Positions 26,763 to 37,778 of a stretch of 64,000 bases of DNA are shown here, piece after piece (positions within the stretch are counted from its first letter, which is position 1; every line of letters starts with the position of its first letter). A program made the translations under genes and the position numbers. The DNA is from Thermodesulfobacteriota bacterium (GTDB taxonomy: Bacteria > Desulfobacterota > Desulfarculia > JACQYL01), in NCBI GenBank assembly GCA_963675595.2, contig CAXXLZ010000002.1, positions 1,696,001 to 1,760,000 of the forward strand, written 5' to 3'. Under the pieces are notes generated by a model. That model worked only from the letters and a program-made list of their open reading frames with translations, ran no database searches and had not been told where the DNA came from.

Positions 26763-27830
26763 ATGCGGAACACCTTGCCGGTACAAGAGAAAACCATTCG
26801 CGAAGAAATCGAGGAATTGGAGGGAAGAGAGCTTTCACCTTTCGCCGCGTTGAGTGCCCGCACGCAGGGACGACTGCACCCGGAACCGGAATGCGATCTC
26901 CGCCCTGCGTATCAACATGATAGGGACCGAATCGTTCATTCCAAAGCCTTTCGACGGTTGAAGCACAAGACCCAGGTTTTCCTCGCGCCCACCGGAGATC
27001 ACTACCGAACACGACTGACCCACACACTCGAGGTGTCACAGATCGCCCGGACGGTGGCCCGCTGTTTGCGCCTTAACGAGTCCCTGACCGAGGCCGTCGC
27101 ATTGGGACACGATCTGGGACATACCCCCTTCGGCCACGCCGGTGAAGACGTTTTGAACCGCATCGTGCCCGGAGGTTTCACACATCACCGCCAGAGTCTT
27201 CGGGTCGTGGACGAGTTGGAGCGCGGCGGCCGCGGCCTGAATCTCACCATGGAGGTCAGGGACGGAATTCTGAAACACTCCAAAGGCAAAGGGCCCATTC
27301 TTTCCCCCTCCAAAGAAAACAGCCCCATGACCCTTGAGGGCCAAGTGGTGCGCGTCGCCGACATCATCGCCTACATCTGCCACGATATCGAGGACGCCGA
27401 GCGTGGGGGCGTGGTGGAACGCGGCCACATCCCGAAAGCCTGCATAAAGCTCCTGGGCGACACCAGCTCTCGGCGGATCGATGCCATGGTTCGTGATGTG
27501 GTGGGATGCACCCGAAAGGCCGACGACGGATGCCTTCACATGAGCGACGCGGTCATGGAGGCCATGTCGGAATTGCGGGAATTCCTATACGTTCATGTGT
27601 ACCAGGTTTCCTGGATTCGCAGCAATTTTCAGCGTGCCACTAAGATTCTTTCCGAATTGTACGATTCTTTTCTTAACGACGACCACTGGTTTGCCGAAGA
27701 AATCGGTCCGCAGAATGGAGAGATTCAAAGACACCGGATGGTCTGTGATTTCATTGCGGGCATGACGGACCGTTACGCTTTGGACCTGTATGAAAGAATC
27801 TTCCTGCCCAAGCCTTGGAAGGTTCTTTGA
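26763..27830 (+). CDS. dgt: Deoxyguanosinetriphosphate triphosphohydrolase-like protein
   Basis: [52 protein letters not shown]. Confidence 0.95.
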   Translation: MRNTLPVQEKTIREEIEELEGRELSPFAALSARTQGRLHPEPECDLRPAYQHDRDRIVHSKAFRRLKHKTQVFLAPTGDHYRTRLTHTLEVSQIARTVARCLRLNESLTEAVALGHDLGHTPFGHAGEDVLNRIVPGGFTHHRQSLRVVDELERGGRGLNLTMEVRDGILKHSKGKGPILSPSKENSPMTLEGQVVRVADIIAYICHDIEDAERGGVVERGHIPKACIKLLGDTSSRRIDAMVRDVVGCTRKADDGCLHMSDAVMEAMSELREFLYVHVYQVSWIRSNFQRATKILSELYDSFLNDDHWFAEEIGPQNGEIQRHRMVCDFIAGMTDRYALDLYERIFLPKPWKVL

Positions 27831-28036
27831 AAACGCCGCTGCTTGACGCATTTGAAGCTCCTGTGATAGACGGCGTGAAGATCATTCGGGAAGCCCTCTT
27901 CGATGGTCGGCTGCAGATTTCAAGCAGGTCCTTGAGGCGGATGAACCGTAGCGGTAAACCCTTGCCGGACCCAAGGGAGAACATGCGCGATCCTATCCGG
28001 CCGACCGAATCTCCTCCCTGATTGGGGGAAGCAATC

Positions 28037-28696
28037 ATGGGCGAAAACGACGACATCCTGGAATTGACGGAGATCGTGGAGGACGCCGAAGAGGAAGGCG
28101 TCGAAGAGGAAGCCATCCGGGAAGCTTTTGAGGCGGATGATTTTTTCTCCAATCTCGAGGAAACGGACGGAGCGTCCGTGTCCCTGGAATCCCTCGATTC
28201 AACAGCCGACCCCTCGACGGAAGACGGAGAGGAAATCGAGGCGCTGACCGAACTTGTGGAGATTCTCGAAGAAGGCAGTCTACAGCCGGCCGTCTCCGGC
28301 AAGGCTTCCTCCTCTGCGGAGGGCCGCTCGGGCAAAGTCGATATCGACCCCTTCGACGGCTTGGACAAGGTTTTAGGCGAACAACGGGAGTCCGGCGAGA
28401 AACAGGGAGCCGGGGGCCTTTCGGAGTCGGAAGACGACGAATTCGAGGGACTCGGCGACTTCAAACTAGACGTTCCTTTCCTGAAGGAAGAGAGCACAGC
28501 CCCCCCGGAGGTTTCCGGGCCCTCGAAGCGGCCGGCGGATTCCATTGAACCCGCCGTGATCGAAGCTGCCGTGGAGCGGGCCGTCAGGGAGGTACTGCCC
28601 TCCATTGCGGAAAAAGTGCTTGCCGGCACCCTCGAGAAAGTGCTTAAAGAGGAGATTTCCAGACTCGAGAAAAGAATCCGGGAACTTCAGAAGTGA
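28037..28696 (+). CDS. Acidic, largely disordered protein with PopZ/RomR-C-like helical C-terminus
   Basis: DDILELTEIV N-terminal motif, D/E/S/P-rich middle, C-terminal VERAVREVLPSIAEKVL...KEEISRL; directly upstream of valS. Confidence 0.65.
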   Translation: MGENDDILELTEIVEDAEEEGVEEEAIREAFEADDFFSNLEETDGASVSLESLDSTADPSTEDGEEIEALTELVEILEEGSLQPAVSGKASSSAEGRSGKVDIDPFDGLDKVLGEQRESGEKQGAGGLSESEDDEFEGLGDFKLDVPFLKEESTAPPEVSGPSKRPADSIEPAVIEAAVERAVREVLPSIAEKVLAGTLEKVLKEEISRLEKRIRELQK

Positions 28697-28884
28697 GATT
28701 ATCCTGGTGATCCGAGGGTGGTCCAGGGGGGGGTCGGCAGCCGAGATCCCCTTTTGTGTTAATGGAGTTCCCCCCAACGTCGCGATCAGTTCCTTTCAGG
28801 AGGACACCCGTTACTTAACGGGATGCTTTTGTTTACGCCTCCCCGATCGATCCGGCTCGATATGCGCGAAACGCGGAGTTCAGA

Positions 28885-31536
28885 ATGTCAAATCAAGACA
28901 TGCCGAAGGCATACGATTTTAGTACGGTGGAACCCAAGTGGTACAAGTATTGGGAGGAAAACAACCTTTTCCGCGCGGAGACCGTGCGCGACAAACCCGC
29001 CTTTTCCATTGTCATCCCGCCTCCCAACGTCACCGGCTCGTTGCACATGGGCCATGCCCTGAACAACACGCTTCAGGATATTCTTTGCCGTTACAAACGT
29101 CTGAAGGGATACAACGTACTTTGGATGCCGGGAATGGACCACGCGGGAATCGCCACGCAAAACGTGGTCGAACGCAATCTCGCCGCCGAAGGTCTGGACC
29201 GTCACCAGCTCGGCAGGGAAGGTTTCATCGAACGCGTTTGGGAGTGGCGGCACGAATACGGCGGCAAGATTCTGAACCAGCTCAAACGATTGGGTTCTTC
29301 ATGCGATTGGAGCCGTGAACGCTTCACCATGGATGAAGGCCTCTCGAAAGCCGTACGCAAAGTGTTCGTGGAGCTCTACGAAGAAGGTTTGATTTACCGC
29401 GGGGACTACATCATCAACTGGTGTCCCAGATGCCGTACCGCTCTGGCGGACCTCGAAGTGGACCACCATACCCAAGAGGGCAACCTCTACCATTTGCGCT
29501 ATCCGTTCAAGAACGGCCAAGGACACGTTGTGATCGCCACAACGAGACCGGAAACCATGCTCGGCGACACCGCCGTGGCCGTGAACCCGGAAGACCCCCG
29601 ATTCCAGACGCTGGGTGATGAGGAATTGGTGCTTCCCTTGGTGGGCCGCTCTCTCAAAATTATCCGAGATTCCTATGTGGACACGGAATTCGGTACGGGG
29701 GTCCTGAAGGTAACCCCGGCCCATGACGCCAACGACTTCGTGATCGGTGAACGCCACGGCCTCGACTCCATCGTAATTATGGACGAAGATGGCCGCATGA
29801 ACGCCGAAGCGGGCTCCTATCAAGGCCTCGATCGATTCGAAGCACGAAAGAAAATTGTAGCGGACCTGGAGGCTCAGGGATTTCTGGAGAAGATCGAGCC
29901 TTACCAGCATAGTGTGGGACATTGCTACCGCTGCAAAACCATGATCGAGCCCATATTATCCAAACAGTGGTTCGTCAAGGTCGAGCCCTTGGCCAAAGCC
30001 GCCGCCGACGCGGTGCGATCCGGAGAGACCCGAATCGTTCCCAAAATGTGGGAAAAGACCTATTTCGACTGGATGGACAACATCCGCGACTGGTGCGTTT
30101 CCCGACAGATCTGGTGGGGACATCGGATTCCGGCGTGGTATTGCCGCGAGTGTGGAGAAATCGTCGTCTCCATGGAAGACCCGGATCAATGCCCACGATG
30201 CCAAGGTGAGTTGGTCCGGGAAACGGACGTGTTGGACACCTGGTTCAGTTCGGCCTTGTGGCCCTTTTCCACCATGGGTTGGCCCGATCAGGCCCCCGAG
30301 TTGGACATCTTCTACCCCACCAGCGTTTTGGTGACGGGATTCGACATCCTGTTCTTCTGGGTGGCCCGCATGATGATGATGGGGATTCATTTCATGCACG
30401 ACGTCCCCTTTAAGGACGTTTACATCCACGCTTTGGTCCGCGATGCCGAAGGCCAGAAGATGAGTAAGTCCAAGGGGAACGTCATCGACCCTCTGACCAT
30501 CATGGACCAATACGGCACCGATGCCTTCCGGTTCACCCTGGCCGCTTTCGCCGCCCAGGGACGAGACGTGCTGATGAGCGAGGAACGCGTCGAGGGCTAT
30601 CGGCACTTCGTGAACAAAGTCTGGAACGCCGCTCGGTTCGCTCTGATGAACCTCCAGGACATGGACTCGGGAGTCGCCGTCGCCCCGGAAGATCGTACGT
30701 CCGCCGACAAGTGGATTCTCAGTCGAGCCTCCAAAGTGTCCGACCAGGTTTCCGTCGCTTTGGACGAGTATCGCTTTAACGATGCGGCGGCCACGCTCTA
30801 CCACTTCGTTTGGCACGAATTTTGCGACTGGTATTTGGAGGAAGCGAAGCTGACTTTGTACGGCAAGTATCGGCCCGAAAGCCGGCCGGCCACACAGAAG
30901 ACGCTTCGGGACGTTCTTTCAGCCGTTCTAAAGATGCTCCATCCGTTCATGCCCTATGTGACGGAGGAAATATGGAGTCTGTTGCCCGGGACGGAAGGAA
31001 GCGTCATGCAGGGCGGCTACCCTCGCATGGAAGACTGGAACGACGACCAAGTGGAGGCGGAAATGGGCCTCCTGATGGAAACCGTATCCGCAGTGCGCAA
31101 CATTCGCGGCGAAATGCAGATTCCGCCTTCAAGGGAGATACAATTACGTTTCTTTTCCAACGATTCGGACTCGTTGAACAAACTTGAAACCCAAGGCGCA
31201 TACATCTCCGAGTTGTGCCGAGCCTCCGACATCCTGTGGGAGGGGTCCGGCGATCGGCCCAGAAAAGCGGCCTCGGCGGTTTGCCAGAACGTGGAAGTCT
31301 TCATTCCCCTGGAGGGTTTGATCGACTTCGACTTCGAAAAGAAACGACTGAAAAAGGAAATCGATAAAACCGGCAAGGAGTTGGGATACGCCAATAAGAA
31401 GTTGTCCAATGAGGACTTTCTTACCCGAGCACCGGAACACGTAGTCGATAAGGAACGTGAAAAGGCCAAGGAACTGGAAATCAGGTTGAAGAAGCTGGAA
31501 ACGAACTACGAGCGAATTGTCGCCATGTCTTCGTGA
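28885..31536 (+). CDS. valS: Valine--tRNA ligase
   Basis: PPPNVTGSLHMGH, KMSKS, DWCVSRQIWWGH, C-terminal coiled coil. Confidence 0.98.
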   Translation: MSNQDMPKAYDFSTVEPKWYKYWEENNLFRAETVRDKPAFSIVIPPPNVTGSLHMGHALNNTLQDILCRYKRLKGYNVLWMPGMDHAGIATQNVVERNLAAEGLDRHQLGREGFIERVWEWRHEYGGKILNQLKRLGSSCDWSRERFTMDEGLSKAVRKVFVELYEEGLIYRGDYIINWCPRCRTALADLEVDHHTQEGNLYHLRYPFKNGQGHVVIATTRPETMLGDTAVAVNPEDPRFQTLGDEELVLPLVGRSLKIIRDSYVDTEFGTGVLKVTPAHDANDFVIGERHGLDSIVIMDEDGRMNAEAGSYQGLDRFEARKKIVADLEAQGFLEKIEPYQHSVGHCYRCKTMIEPILSKQWFVKVEPLAKAAADAVRSGETRIVPKMWEKTYFDWMDNIRDWCVSRQIWWGHRIPAWYCRECGEIVVSMEDPDQCPRCQGELVRETDVLDTWFSSALWPFSTMGWPDQAPELDIFYPTSVLVTGFDILFFWVARMMMMGIHFMHDVPFKDVYIHALVRDAEGQKMSKSKGNVIDPLTIMDQYGTDAFRFTLAAFAAQGRDVLMSEERVEGYRHFVNKVWNAARFALMNLQDMDSGVAVAPEDRTSADKWILSRASKVSDQVSVALDEYRFNDAAATLYHFVWHEFCDWYLEEAKLTLYGKYRPESRPATQKTLRDVLSAVLKMLHPFMPYVTEEIWSLLPGTEGSVMQGGYPRMEDWNDDQVEAEMGLLMETVSAVRNIRGEMQIPPSREIQLRFFSNDSDSLNKLETQGAYISELCRASDILWEGSGDRPRKAASAVCQNVEVFIPLEGLIDFDFEKKRLKKEIDKTGKELGYANKKLSNEDFLTRAPEHVVDKEREKAKELEIRLKKLETNYERIVAMSS

Positions 31537-31799
31537 CGGGTAAGACAATCGAGCCCTCCTCGCGGAGTATCCACTGAAACCGGTCTTCGGAGTTCCGAAA
31601 AACGGCAAAGAAAGACCGATAGGTAGGACTCTTCGCGAGGATTCACCGCTGGAAGCTCCAACCAGGTCACCCGCTTAGTCCACCGGAATTCCTCGATTCA
31701 ACGCTTCCTACCCCGGTAGTGGGAAAATGATCGTGAAACCGAGAAGTGCCGACTTTCCTTCGGCCGTCGGCGCACGGCAACCGTGAGGACCCACGGCAT

Positions 31800-31952
31800 A
31801 ACGGCCCGTTGGAAAAGGCCGCTTGCCACGGGCCGGTGAAGAACGATGATATGCGCGGCGGGCGGATCCCGAGCAATGAGGCGCACGTAGATTTACGTCG
31901 CAGTGACGAGGGATGAAGCGCAATCCTGTAGACCGCGTTTTCCAACGGCCTG
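31800..31952. mobile_element. MITE-like element, family 1 (~150 bp, terminal IRs)
   Basis: Reverse complement aligns along its length with 37597-37748; ends GGCCCGTTGGAAAA...TTTTCCAACGGCC. Confidence 0.8.
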
Positions 31953-32312
31953 ATTTGGGACGGTTTTCGGTGTTCCACCGCAAACCGGTCGGTGATTCGG
32001 TTGCCCTGTAAAGAATGGGGCGGTTTCGAATTCCCGATGGACGAGATGTGAAATGATAACGAGGGCCTTTGTATCGGCTGAGAGGAAACAACAAGGTCGG
32101 CGGGACAATCGGTCGCACCGGAGATTCCGCCTTTCGGTGCATTGACAGGGTCCAAAACGGAACCCACATTATGAGTAAGGTTTCGGATTCCCCGGCTTCT
32201 CATATGTGTGAAACCGAAACGTCCCTTCTATCGCCGGCTTGGCTCTAACCATCAAAAAGAAACACTTCGTTGGGCAAGTGCATGTGTTTGTGGGAAGGTA
32301 TTAGGGAAGGTA

Positions 32313-32636
32313 ATGATTGAGTACATTTTCAACGAATGGGGATTTATCGCTTATCCCGTGGTTATGCTCTTCGCTCTGGTTGGAATGATTTACCTTGATC
32401 GAAGGACGGCAAAACAACGAGTTCTGACGGACGAAGACTATATAGCCATCATGGCGAGACAGTCCGAATCCAGTGAATACAATATATTCCACATGGCCGC
32501 CAAGGATTGGAACGTTTCAAAGGAAAAGGTGGAACAGGACTTCAGGGACTATTTGCTGCGTAGCCAACTGCCCTACTACATGCGAGACTTCGTTAGAAGG
32601 AAAAAAGAGGACGTCAGGAACCGCAGGTTCGCTTGA
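32313..32636 (+). CDS. Small hypothetical protein with N-terminal TM
   Basis: MIEYIFNEWGFIAYPVVMLF...SEYNIFHMAA..W...LPYYMRDFVR. Confidence 0.65.
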   Translation: MIEYIFNEWGFIAYPVVMLFALVGMIYLDRRTAKQRVLTDEDYIAIMARQSESSEYNIFHMAAKDWNVSKEKVEQDFRDYLLRSQLPYYMRDFVRRKKEDVRNRRFA

Positions 32637-32906
32637 TCTCCATCAAGTCTCCAAAGTAACCCTCTCCGTCTTGTGGGAAGGCTTCGGTAGGGTACGGAGG
32701 GAGGAATTCGGTTCGTTCTCTTCGACCACGGCATGAGGTCGGGTATATCGCCTACCCGCTCACCTCGACGGATTGTTTTTCCCTGCATGCGGGCCCGGGA
32801 GATCGTAAGAATTGCGGTTCACCGTACCGGACGCGTGCCGGGGTTGTGCCCGCTCGCGTATTTCCGCGCACGATTCGGCAGACTCGAAGACACGCGCAAA
32901 GAAATT

Positions 32907-33205
32907 GTGAGCATTCAGAGGGGTATTCGCAAGAGCGAAACGGGGGTCCGTTCTTTCCGGGACGAAGCCGAACTTGGGAACATCTGTGCCGATTCAGCAG
33001 ATGTAAGAAGCGCCAGGAATGAGAGAGGAAACCGGATTTCTTCCTCAGATTCTCCGCCGGAGGCGGTGAGGCCCGTCCAACGTGCTTTGGGAGCAACTGT
33101 GGTCTTTGTCAACTGAGTTGTTTGTCAATGATTCCTATCAAGCTGTGACACGACGCTTGCTAAGCGCGGAGCCCGGGGGAGGACTTTCCCGAAAGTCCTC
33201 CCCAG
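32907..33205. repeat. Dispersed intergenic repeat, family 2 (two pieces)
   Basis: 32907-33040 matches 19097-19314 with an internal deletion; the 33170-33205 hairpin GGGGAGGACTTTCCCGAAAGTCCTCCCC resembles 16506-16545. Confidence 0.75.
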
Positions 33206-33281
33206 TGAGTGAATACAAGAAATTTCCCCTAAATGGACGGCGAAGGCGCTTCGGTGATCCCCACGCTCGTATCCCGTAAGA

Positions 33282-33752
33282 TCAGGCTTCGGTCCTGAAG
33301 CTCACTTCCACGGTGAAATCACCAAATTCCGTGCTGAAGGGGATCGCCACACAAGGCGCGGAACGATCCAGATGCTGAACCACGTGATTTTTCCCGGAAA
33401 TCACCGTCGGCAGGGGCGAAGTCACCTTGTATCCCATGCTTTCGAGCTTTCGTCTCGCGTCCCCGCTGGCCATGTTCGTGATTTCCCCCACGGCGTCACG
33501 AGCGTTGTCGTCGATGGTGTCGACCTCTTCCCCAAGCATCCTCGAAATGACCTGAGAGATACAGCTCTCGGAAAAGGTTACGGAAAGCGTGCCCGTCATC
33601 GCTCCACTCAACCCGATAATACCCGTGACGTCGCCCCGCGCCGTCCTTTCTTTCTTGATATAGGGTTTTCCGGCTTTGGCCTCCACAAAAGCCATGGTCT
33701 TCAGTACGTTGAGCATTGCCTCCAGAAACGGGTTGATAAGCTTGACTTCCAT
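33282..33752 (-). CDS. cheX: Chemotaxis phosphatase CheX-family protein
   Basis: INPFLEA, DVTGIIGLSG, DAVGEITNMASG, PTVISG. Confidence 0.92.
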   Translation of the reverse strand: MEVKLINPFLEAMLNVLKTMAFVEAKAGKPYIKKERTARGDVTGIIGLSGAMTGTLSVTFSESCISQVISRMLGEEVDTIDDNARDAVGEITNMASGDARRKLESMGYKVTSPLPTVISGKNHVVQHLDRSAPCVAIPFSTEFGDFTVEVSFRTEA

Positions 33753-34123
33753 GTTCGAGAGTCTCCTTAGGACCTCTGAGTTTTCAGGAAAAACCGCCGG
33801 TCCGGCTCCGGAATCCTATGAAGACCGTCCGAACGTGCAAATATCGTAACTTCTTTATAACCTTTTTTGCATCGCGGATGACACAAAAAATATAGAGATA
33901 CGCAAGATCGTTTCCGGTTCCACAAACGACCGGCAGTTTCGTCGGTACGGTCGTGATGTGAATGTCACGGGGCTGCGACCACGGAGGCGGCGGTTAAACG
34001 ATCCGCTTGGATAAGCGTTCTTAATGTTGGAGTGATGCGCTCGGGTGGAAAGCTGTGATTGCAGGGAAGCGGACACTCTTCCGTTCCCTTCCGCCCGTAA
34101 ACCAAAAGGAGGAAAAGGCCGTT

Positions 34124-35047
34124 ATGGGAAACACGTTCAGAACCGCTCTGCTGCTTGGCGCGCTGACCATTTTCCTCGTCTGGATCGGTGGACTGCTCGG
34201 AGGACGACAAGGAATGGTGTTCGCCTTTGTCCTGGCCATGGGAATGAACTTTTTCAGTTACTGGTTTTCGGACAAGATCGTATTGAAGATGTATCGAGCC
34301 CAAGAGGTTACCCCCTCCCAGGCGCCGGACTTGTACGGCATCGTAGGGGAGCTCGCCTCCAGGGCCGGCATGCCCATGCCCAAAGTGTATATCATCCCCG
34401 GAGATTCACCCAATGCTTTCGCCACGGGTAGAAATCCGGAACACGCCGTGGTGGCGGTCACTCAAGGACTGATGAAACTCATGGACCGGGAGGAGTTGAA
34501 AGGAGTCCTGGCTCATGAAATGGCCCATGTGAAGAACCGGGATATCCTCATCGGCACCATTGCAGCCACGCTGGCGGGAACCGTCATGCTGCTGGCCAGC
34601 ATGGCCCGTTGGGCCGCCATCTTCGGCGGCGGAAGGGACAATGAGGAAGGAGGAATGGGCGGGGTGGGACTGATCGTCATGTCCATCCTGGCACCCATCG
34701 GAGCCATGTTGATTCAAATGGGCATTTCCCGAACACGGGAATACGAAGCCGACGCCAGGGGCGCCCAACTGGCCGGACGTCCGGACGGTCTGGCCGCCGC
34801 CTTGCGAAAACTGGGACAATATTCCAAAAAGATCCCCATGCAGGCAAGTCCGTCCACCGCTCATATGTTCATCGTCAATCCCTTGAGCGGTCGCGGCATG
34901 ATGTCCCTGTTCTCGACCCATCCGCCCCTGGAAAGCCGAATTGCGCGCCTGATGGGCCGCAAGGACCCATCCGAAGATCAAGAGCCGCGGGGCCGATCTC
35001 CGAGGGGCAACTCCGGAGAAGACTTCTGGAAGAATCTTTCTTCTTGA
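34124..35047 (+). CDS. htpX: Zinc metalloprotease HtpX
   Basis: [34 protein letters not shown]. Confidence 0.96.
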   Translation: MGNTFRTALLLGALTIFLVWIGGLLGGRQGMVFAFVLAMGMNFFSYWFSDKIVLKMYRAQEVTPSQAPDLYGIVGELASRAGMPMPKVYIIPGDSPNAFATGRNPEHAVVAVTQGLMKLMDREELKGVLAHEMAHVKNRDILIGTIAATLAGTVMLLASMARWAAIFGGGRDNEEGGMGGVGLIVMSILAPIGAMLIQMGISRTREYEADARGAQLAGRPDGLAAALRKLGQYSKKIPMQASPSTAHMFIVNPLSGRGMMSLFSTHPPLESRIARLMGRKDPSEDQEPRGRSPRGNSGEDFWKNLSS

Positions 35048-35143
35048 TCCCGAGCCTCGGAGCCGGCCGGGAGCGGATGCGCGTAAACCGCTTCGGATGA
35101 CGACACAAGGGAGTCGATGCAACAACATCGGCTCCCTCGCGTT

Positions 35144-36154
35144 TTAGGCCCCTTCGCTCGTTCGCTCCTTCATAAATTCGAGAATCGCAGACCGAGCCAC
35201 GAGTGGGGCATTGCCCCCGGCCCGGTTGTTGGCGATAAGATGCGCGTTCACGCCTTCCGCAACCGCACGTCTCAGGATCATCGCCGAGTCCCGAAGCATG
35301 GCGGGTTGGAGCATGCCCTCCACGAGTCCATCGAAAGGATGGGCCTTTGCGTAGGCCGCCTCATATCGCATCCCTCGCGGGGTCATCAGTCTGATAATCG
35401 CATCGCCGGCCGCATTGAAGAACCGGCCTTCGGATGCCCGAAACTGGTCTCTCAAGGAAGGAAGCCAAGTCCAGTGTGACAACACCTGCCCGATCCCGCG
35501 CTTTCGAAACAACTGGAAGACGGGTTCCGACAAATAAGCGTCGGTCCGCAATTCCACATGGTAAAAGGGTTCCTCTGGTACACTCGCGAAAAAGGAGTCC
35601 AACTCTTCGGCAACCTTTTCCGGGGAATCACGGTCTTTTTTTCTCCGATATTCCTGTTCAAAGATGATGCCCCGCAAATGATCCCCCAGCAAGGCTTTCA
35701 AGGGGTTCAGAAACCGACCGACAAAGGCTTCTCCGTTCAGGTATAATTCATTTTCAAGGAAGACCCCTTTGCGAAACAGTCTTCGGGCGAACAGGACCTG
35801 CGGGGCCTTGACAATGATCAGGTCCCCCGGGCCCAGATATTTCCGATATTCGGAAAGCACCCGAAAGGCGCGGGTGGGGGAGCCTTTGTCGTCGAGCAGG
35901 AATTGGTAGAACGTATAATCCACTTCCAGCACCCTGAAATGCTTGAAGTATTCTTCCACGCATTCCACGGGCAGCGTCCGCTCCTCGAAAGACTTGCCAC
36001 CGATCTTCCGAGTTCTAGATTTGATCCGGCCTGCGTACCGGTCCCGCGAGTAGATTTGTCCAATCCACCCCGCGTACCGATCACTGGCTGTTCCCACAAA
36101 AACATGGGGATCCAGGCCGTGGAAAAGAAACCGTTCCAAGTCGCTCTTGTTCAA
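35144..36154 (-). CDS. DUF72-domain protein
   Basis: VGTASDRYAGW, EVDYTFY, HVELR, IRL, NNRAGGNAP; start inferred. Confidence 0.85.
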   Translation of the reverse strand: MNKSDLERFLFHGLDPHVFVGTASDRYAGWIGQIYSRDRYAGRIKSRTRKIGGKSFEERTLPVECVEEYFKHFRVLEVDYTFYQFLLDDKGSPTRAFRVLSEYRKYLGPGDLIIVKAPQVLFARRLFRKGVFLENELYLNGEAFVGRFLNPLKALLGDHLRGIIFEQEYRRKKDRDSPEKVAEELDSFFASVPEEPFYHVELRTDAYLSEPVFQLFRKRGIGQVLSHWTWLPSLRDQFRASEGRFFNAAGDAIIRLMTPRGMRYEAAYAKAHPFDGLVEGMLQPAMLRDSAMILRRAVAEGVNAHLIANNRAGGNAPLVARSAILEFMKERTSEGA

Positions 36155-36228
36155 AGGGCATCTCCCGTGCACGGCGGTCGAAACGTGCGAGTGCCGAACG
36201 AAATCCTTTTCCTCGGACACACCGTACC

Positions 36229-37077
36229 GTGCACCCGCATGGTTTCCCGGGGAACGAGGATACGAAGCCGGTTCATTCCGCCCGGACCACAGGCAGTCGA
36301 CGACAGATTGGAGGTTCAATCCTGAAAATTCCCGGACAACAAACCAAAAGCGTTACGCCGCCCGTAGAGGTTCCCCTGCTGCCCACGCCCCCCGGCTGGG
36401 TGGAAGCAGAGCTGGTGAGTCGGAAAAATCGATTTCACGTGACGGCGCGACGCGGAGCCGAAATCCTCGATGCCCATTCCAACAATTCAGGCAGTATGCT
36501 GGGGCTGATCCGCAAAGGATCTCCGGTGATCCTGTCGCCGGCCGCGAATCCGGCCCGCAAGTTGCCCTACACCCTGGAGATGATCCGAATCCACGGGTTC
36601 TGGGTCGGGGTGAATACGAGTACCCCCAATCGCCTGCTTCGGAAGGCCTGGGAAACGGGACGGCTCAAGGAGGCGATGGGATATGATCGATTCACTCCGG
36701 AAGCCGTCGTGGGAAAGAGCCGACTCGACGCTCTTCTCGAAGGGCCGCGAGGCCGTCTTTGGATTGAGGCGAAAAACGTGACACTGGTCGAGGAAGAAAT
36801 CGCCTATTTCCCCGATGCGGTGACGGCAAGGGGCCTGAAGCACTTGAGAGAACTTATGGACTTGGCCGGAAAAGGCGATCGGGTGGCCTGTTTCTATCTG
36901 ATCCAAAGACCGGACTGCGCCTGCTTCGGACCCGCGGATTTCATCGATCCCGACTTCGCGAACCAGTTTCGGGAAGCCCTTAAGGCAGGCGTGGAAGCAT
37001 GGCCCTACCAGGCTCCTGTGTCGCCCGAAGGCGTCGACCTCGGCCCCCGTCTTCCATTGGCGCCTCAGCCGGCTTGA
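36229..37077 (+). CDS. sfsA: DNA/RNA nuclease SfsA (start uncertain)
   Basis: RKNRF, AHSNNSGSM, SRLD, IEAKNVTL, FPDAVTARGLKHLREL. Confidence 0.92.
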   Translation: MHPHGFPGNEDTKPVHSARTTGSRRQIGGSILKIPGQQTKSVTPPVEVPLLPTPPGWVEAELVSRKNRFHVTARRGAEILDAHSNNSGSMLGLIRKGSPVILSPAANPARKLPYTLEMIRIHGFWVGVNTSTPNRLLRKAWETGRLKEAMGYDRFTPEAVVGKSRLDALLEGPRGRLWIEAKNVTLVEEEIAYFPDAVTARGLKHLRELMDLAGKGDRVACFYLIQRPDCACFGPADFIDPDFANQFREALKAGVEAWPYQAPVSPEGVDLGPRLPLAPQPA

Positions 37078-37166
37078 GGTAGATGGGCACATCGGTTAGC
37101 CGCAACTCCTTCAGCGGTCGAATCGTCTCTCCGAATCATGAATCCAATCGGCGTTCGGACAGCCGC

Positions 37167-37340
37167 TCAGTCTTCCCGCGCTTCCTCCGTTTCCGCGGAG
37201 CAAGGGGCGTTCTTGGGCACCAGCCTTCCGAGCCTGCTGCAATACAGGGCCAAAAAAGTTCTGCAGGAACCGGAACCGTCCACGCCCTCTTCTTTGGGGA
37301 AGTCGGCCTCGGGACAACTGAGATCGCAGAATTTCAACAT
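37167..37340 (-). CDS. Small Cys-rich protein (57 aa), not in the ORF track
   Basis: GGAGG RBS; MLKFCDLSCPEADFPKEEGVDGSGSCRTFLALYCSRLGRLVPKNAPCSAETEEARED*. Confidence 0.75.
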   Translation of the reverse strand: MLKFCDLSCPEADFPKEEGVDGSGSCRTFLALYCSRLGRLVPKNAPCSAETEEARED

Positions 37341-37596
37341 GACGCCTCCGACGGGAAGTCGTAGAAAAAAATCAACAATGCCGATCCTATCAGGGGCGTG
37401 GGGTCAAAGCCAATGTTTTCCCCATTCCTTGAAGTCGGGTGGCGCCGTTCCCGAAGGATGAGACGTCGCGCCGGGAGTGCTTCAAAGCGCCATGAGGAGG
37501 CGCAACACAGCGGATCGCATTTCAAACGAAGTGATAAGGGTTGCCAAAGCATTCGCTTCGGATTATGGGTGGCACCGGGGACGGGTGGTCCCTTGA

Positions 37597-37748
37597 CAGG
37601 CCGTTGAAAAACGCGATCTGCGGCGTTGCGCTTCATCCCTCGTCACTGCGACGTACTCTATGTGCCTCTCATTCCTCGGGATTTGCGCGCCTTGCATGTC
37701 ATCGTTTTTCATCAACCTGTGGCAACCGGCTCTTTTCAACGGGCTGTT
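37597..37748. mobile_element. MITE-like element, family 1
   Basis: AGGCCGTTGAAAA...TTTTCAACGGGCT termini; homologous to 31800-31952 in inverted orientation. Confidence 0.8.
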
Positions 37749-37778
37749 GAGAATACAAAGACCTTCAGGAGCAGGCTC

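Noticed and set aside
37626-37778. N-terminal extensions of the pfkB-like, usp (44025) and alr (60728) ORFs
   Set aside because: They are translations through MITE/repeat DNA; downstream starts fit the protein families better.
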